This document shows positions 34,667 to 35,043 of a stretch of DNA of 35,043 nucleotides, in pieces; positions within the stretch are counted from its first letter, which is position 1, and each line of letters opens with the position of its first letter. Made by a program: the position numbers and the translations under genes. Origin of the DNA: Candidatus Woesearchaeota archaeon (GTDB lineage Archaea; Nanobdellota; Nanobdellia; Woesearchaeales; GW2011-AR9); the NCBI GenBank assembly GCA_013204355.1, contig JABMOA010000017.1, positions 1 through 35,043 on the forward strand, read 5' to 3'. The notes beneath the pieces are model-generated. The model searched no databases, was not told where the DNA came from, and was given only the letters and a program-made list of their open reading frames with translations.

Positions 34667-34693
34667 ATCATGCCCATCAATTACTTTAACATG

Positions 34694-35043
34694 TCAATTG
34701 AATGCTTTATACTTTTCATCTAATGGATCTAAAGGCATTATATCTTCTGTATTTCCATCTATTTGGATATAATTCCGATCTGTAACTGCAATTAAATTAT
34801 CTAACTTATTTTTCGCTGCAAACATGACAGCTTCCCAATGATTCCCTTCATTTTGTTCACCATCACTACACATAACAAAAACTTTATTTGATTTTTTGTC
34901 AAGCTTTAATCCAAGTGCCATGCCCGCAGATTGTGATAATCCAGATCCTAAAGGACCAGATGTTGTTTCTAATCCAGGCAAAGAAGATCTATGAGGATGT
35001 CCTTGTAATCTTGTACCCCATTTACGTAATGTAAGTAATTCTT
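34694..35043 (-). CDS. tkt: transketolase N-terminal subunit, 5'-partial (runs off the window), ending at an in-frame TGA at 34694-34696
   Basis: The frame is open to the window edge: ..LRKWGTRLQGHPHRSSLPGLETTSGPLGSGLSQSAGMALG ... VMCSDGEQNEGNHWEA ... DRNYIQIDG are TPP-binding motifs. It stops at ..EKYKAFN-TGA-HVKVIDGHD. Confidence 0.85.
   Translation of the reverse strand, partial: ELLTLRKWGTRLQGHPHRSSLPGLETTSGPLGSGLSQSAGMALGLKLDKKSNKVFVMCSDGEQNEGNHWEAVMFAAKNKLDNLIAVTDRNYIQIDGNTEDIMPLDPLDEKYKAFN

Noticed and set aside
34694-34696. Genome-wide reassignment of TGA (to Trp or Gly) as the explanation for the in-frame TGA in transketolase.
   Set aside because: TGA ends several well-conserved genes here at their expected C-termini (rpl44e 3249, SBDS 9167, glyS 12608, rfcL 17525, guaB 26551-26553). 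TGA is therefore a functional stop in this genome.
1-35043. A search by eye for CRISPR arrays, rRNA and tRNA genes.
   Set aside because: There are no regularly spaced direct repeats. No GC-rich cloverleaf with a GTTCRANYC T-loop was found in any intergenic region, and there are no rRNA-like conserved blocks. The only GC-rich non-coding segments are the palindromic elements.

Overview
AT-rich archaeal chromosome segment; archaea-specific information-processing genes, small proteins and sparse metabolism suggest a DPANN-like, reduced genome (inference). Positions 1-11.4 kb are one minus-strand run of conserved core genes: S15, Nop10, aIF2-alpha, S27e (59 aa, missing from the ORF track), L44e, Pth2, TrmB, DUF357, RpoK, exosome Rrp42/Rrp41/Rrp4, a MazG-like NTP pyrophosphatase, SBDS, proteasome alpha, RNase P Pop5 and a short OB-fold SSB. 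Other core genes are glyS, rfcL, guaB, valS, a 2-hydroxyacid dehydrogenase, an Lpd-like flavoprotein and a split transketolase. Positions 14.1-23.9 kb look accessory: two paralogous cassettes, each a tandem-Lrp/AsnC regulator divergent from a secreted Cys-rich protein plus small membrane proteins, flank rfcL. Main hunt results: (1) three long imperfect-palindrome elements (about 18.75, 24.96 and 29.87 kb), each bracketed by 7-9 bp direct repeats, with GGCT...AGCC-type termini and a shared asymmetric core showing compensatory base changes, plus a solo 18-nt fragment at 3661. This fits a MITE-like family that may also encode a structured RNA. (2) A diverged second copy of the rfcL 3' end lies 776 bp from the real one and brackets one orphan gene, an insertion scar. 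(3) The transketolase N-subunit has an in-frame TGA at the conserved Trp codon. (4) A family of three small membrane-anchored two-Cys proteins clusters with an AstE/AspA-type zinc hydrolase. I recognised no rRNA, tRNA or CRISPR array and no transposase or integrase. All calls come from reading motifs by eye; no database search was run.
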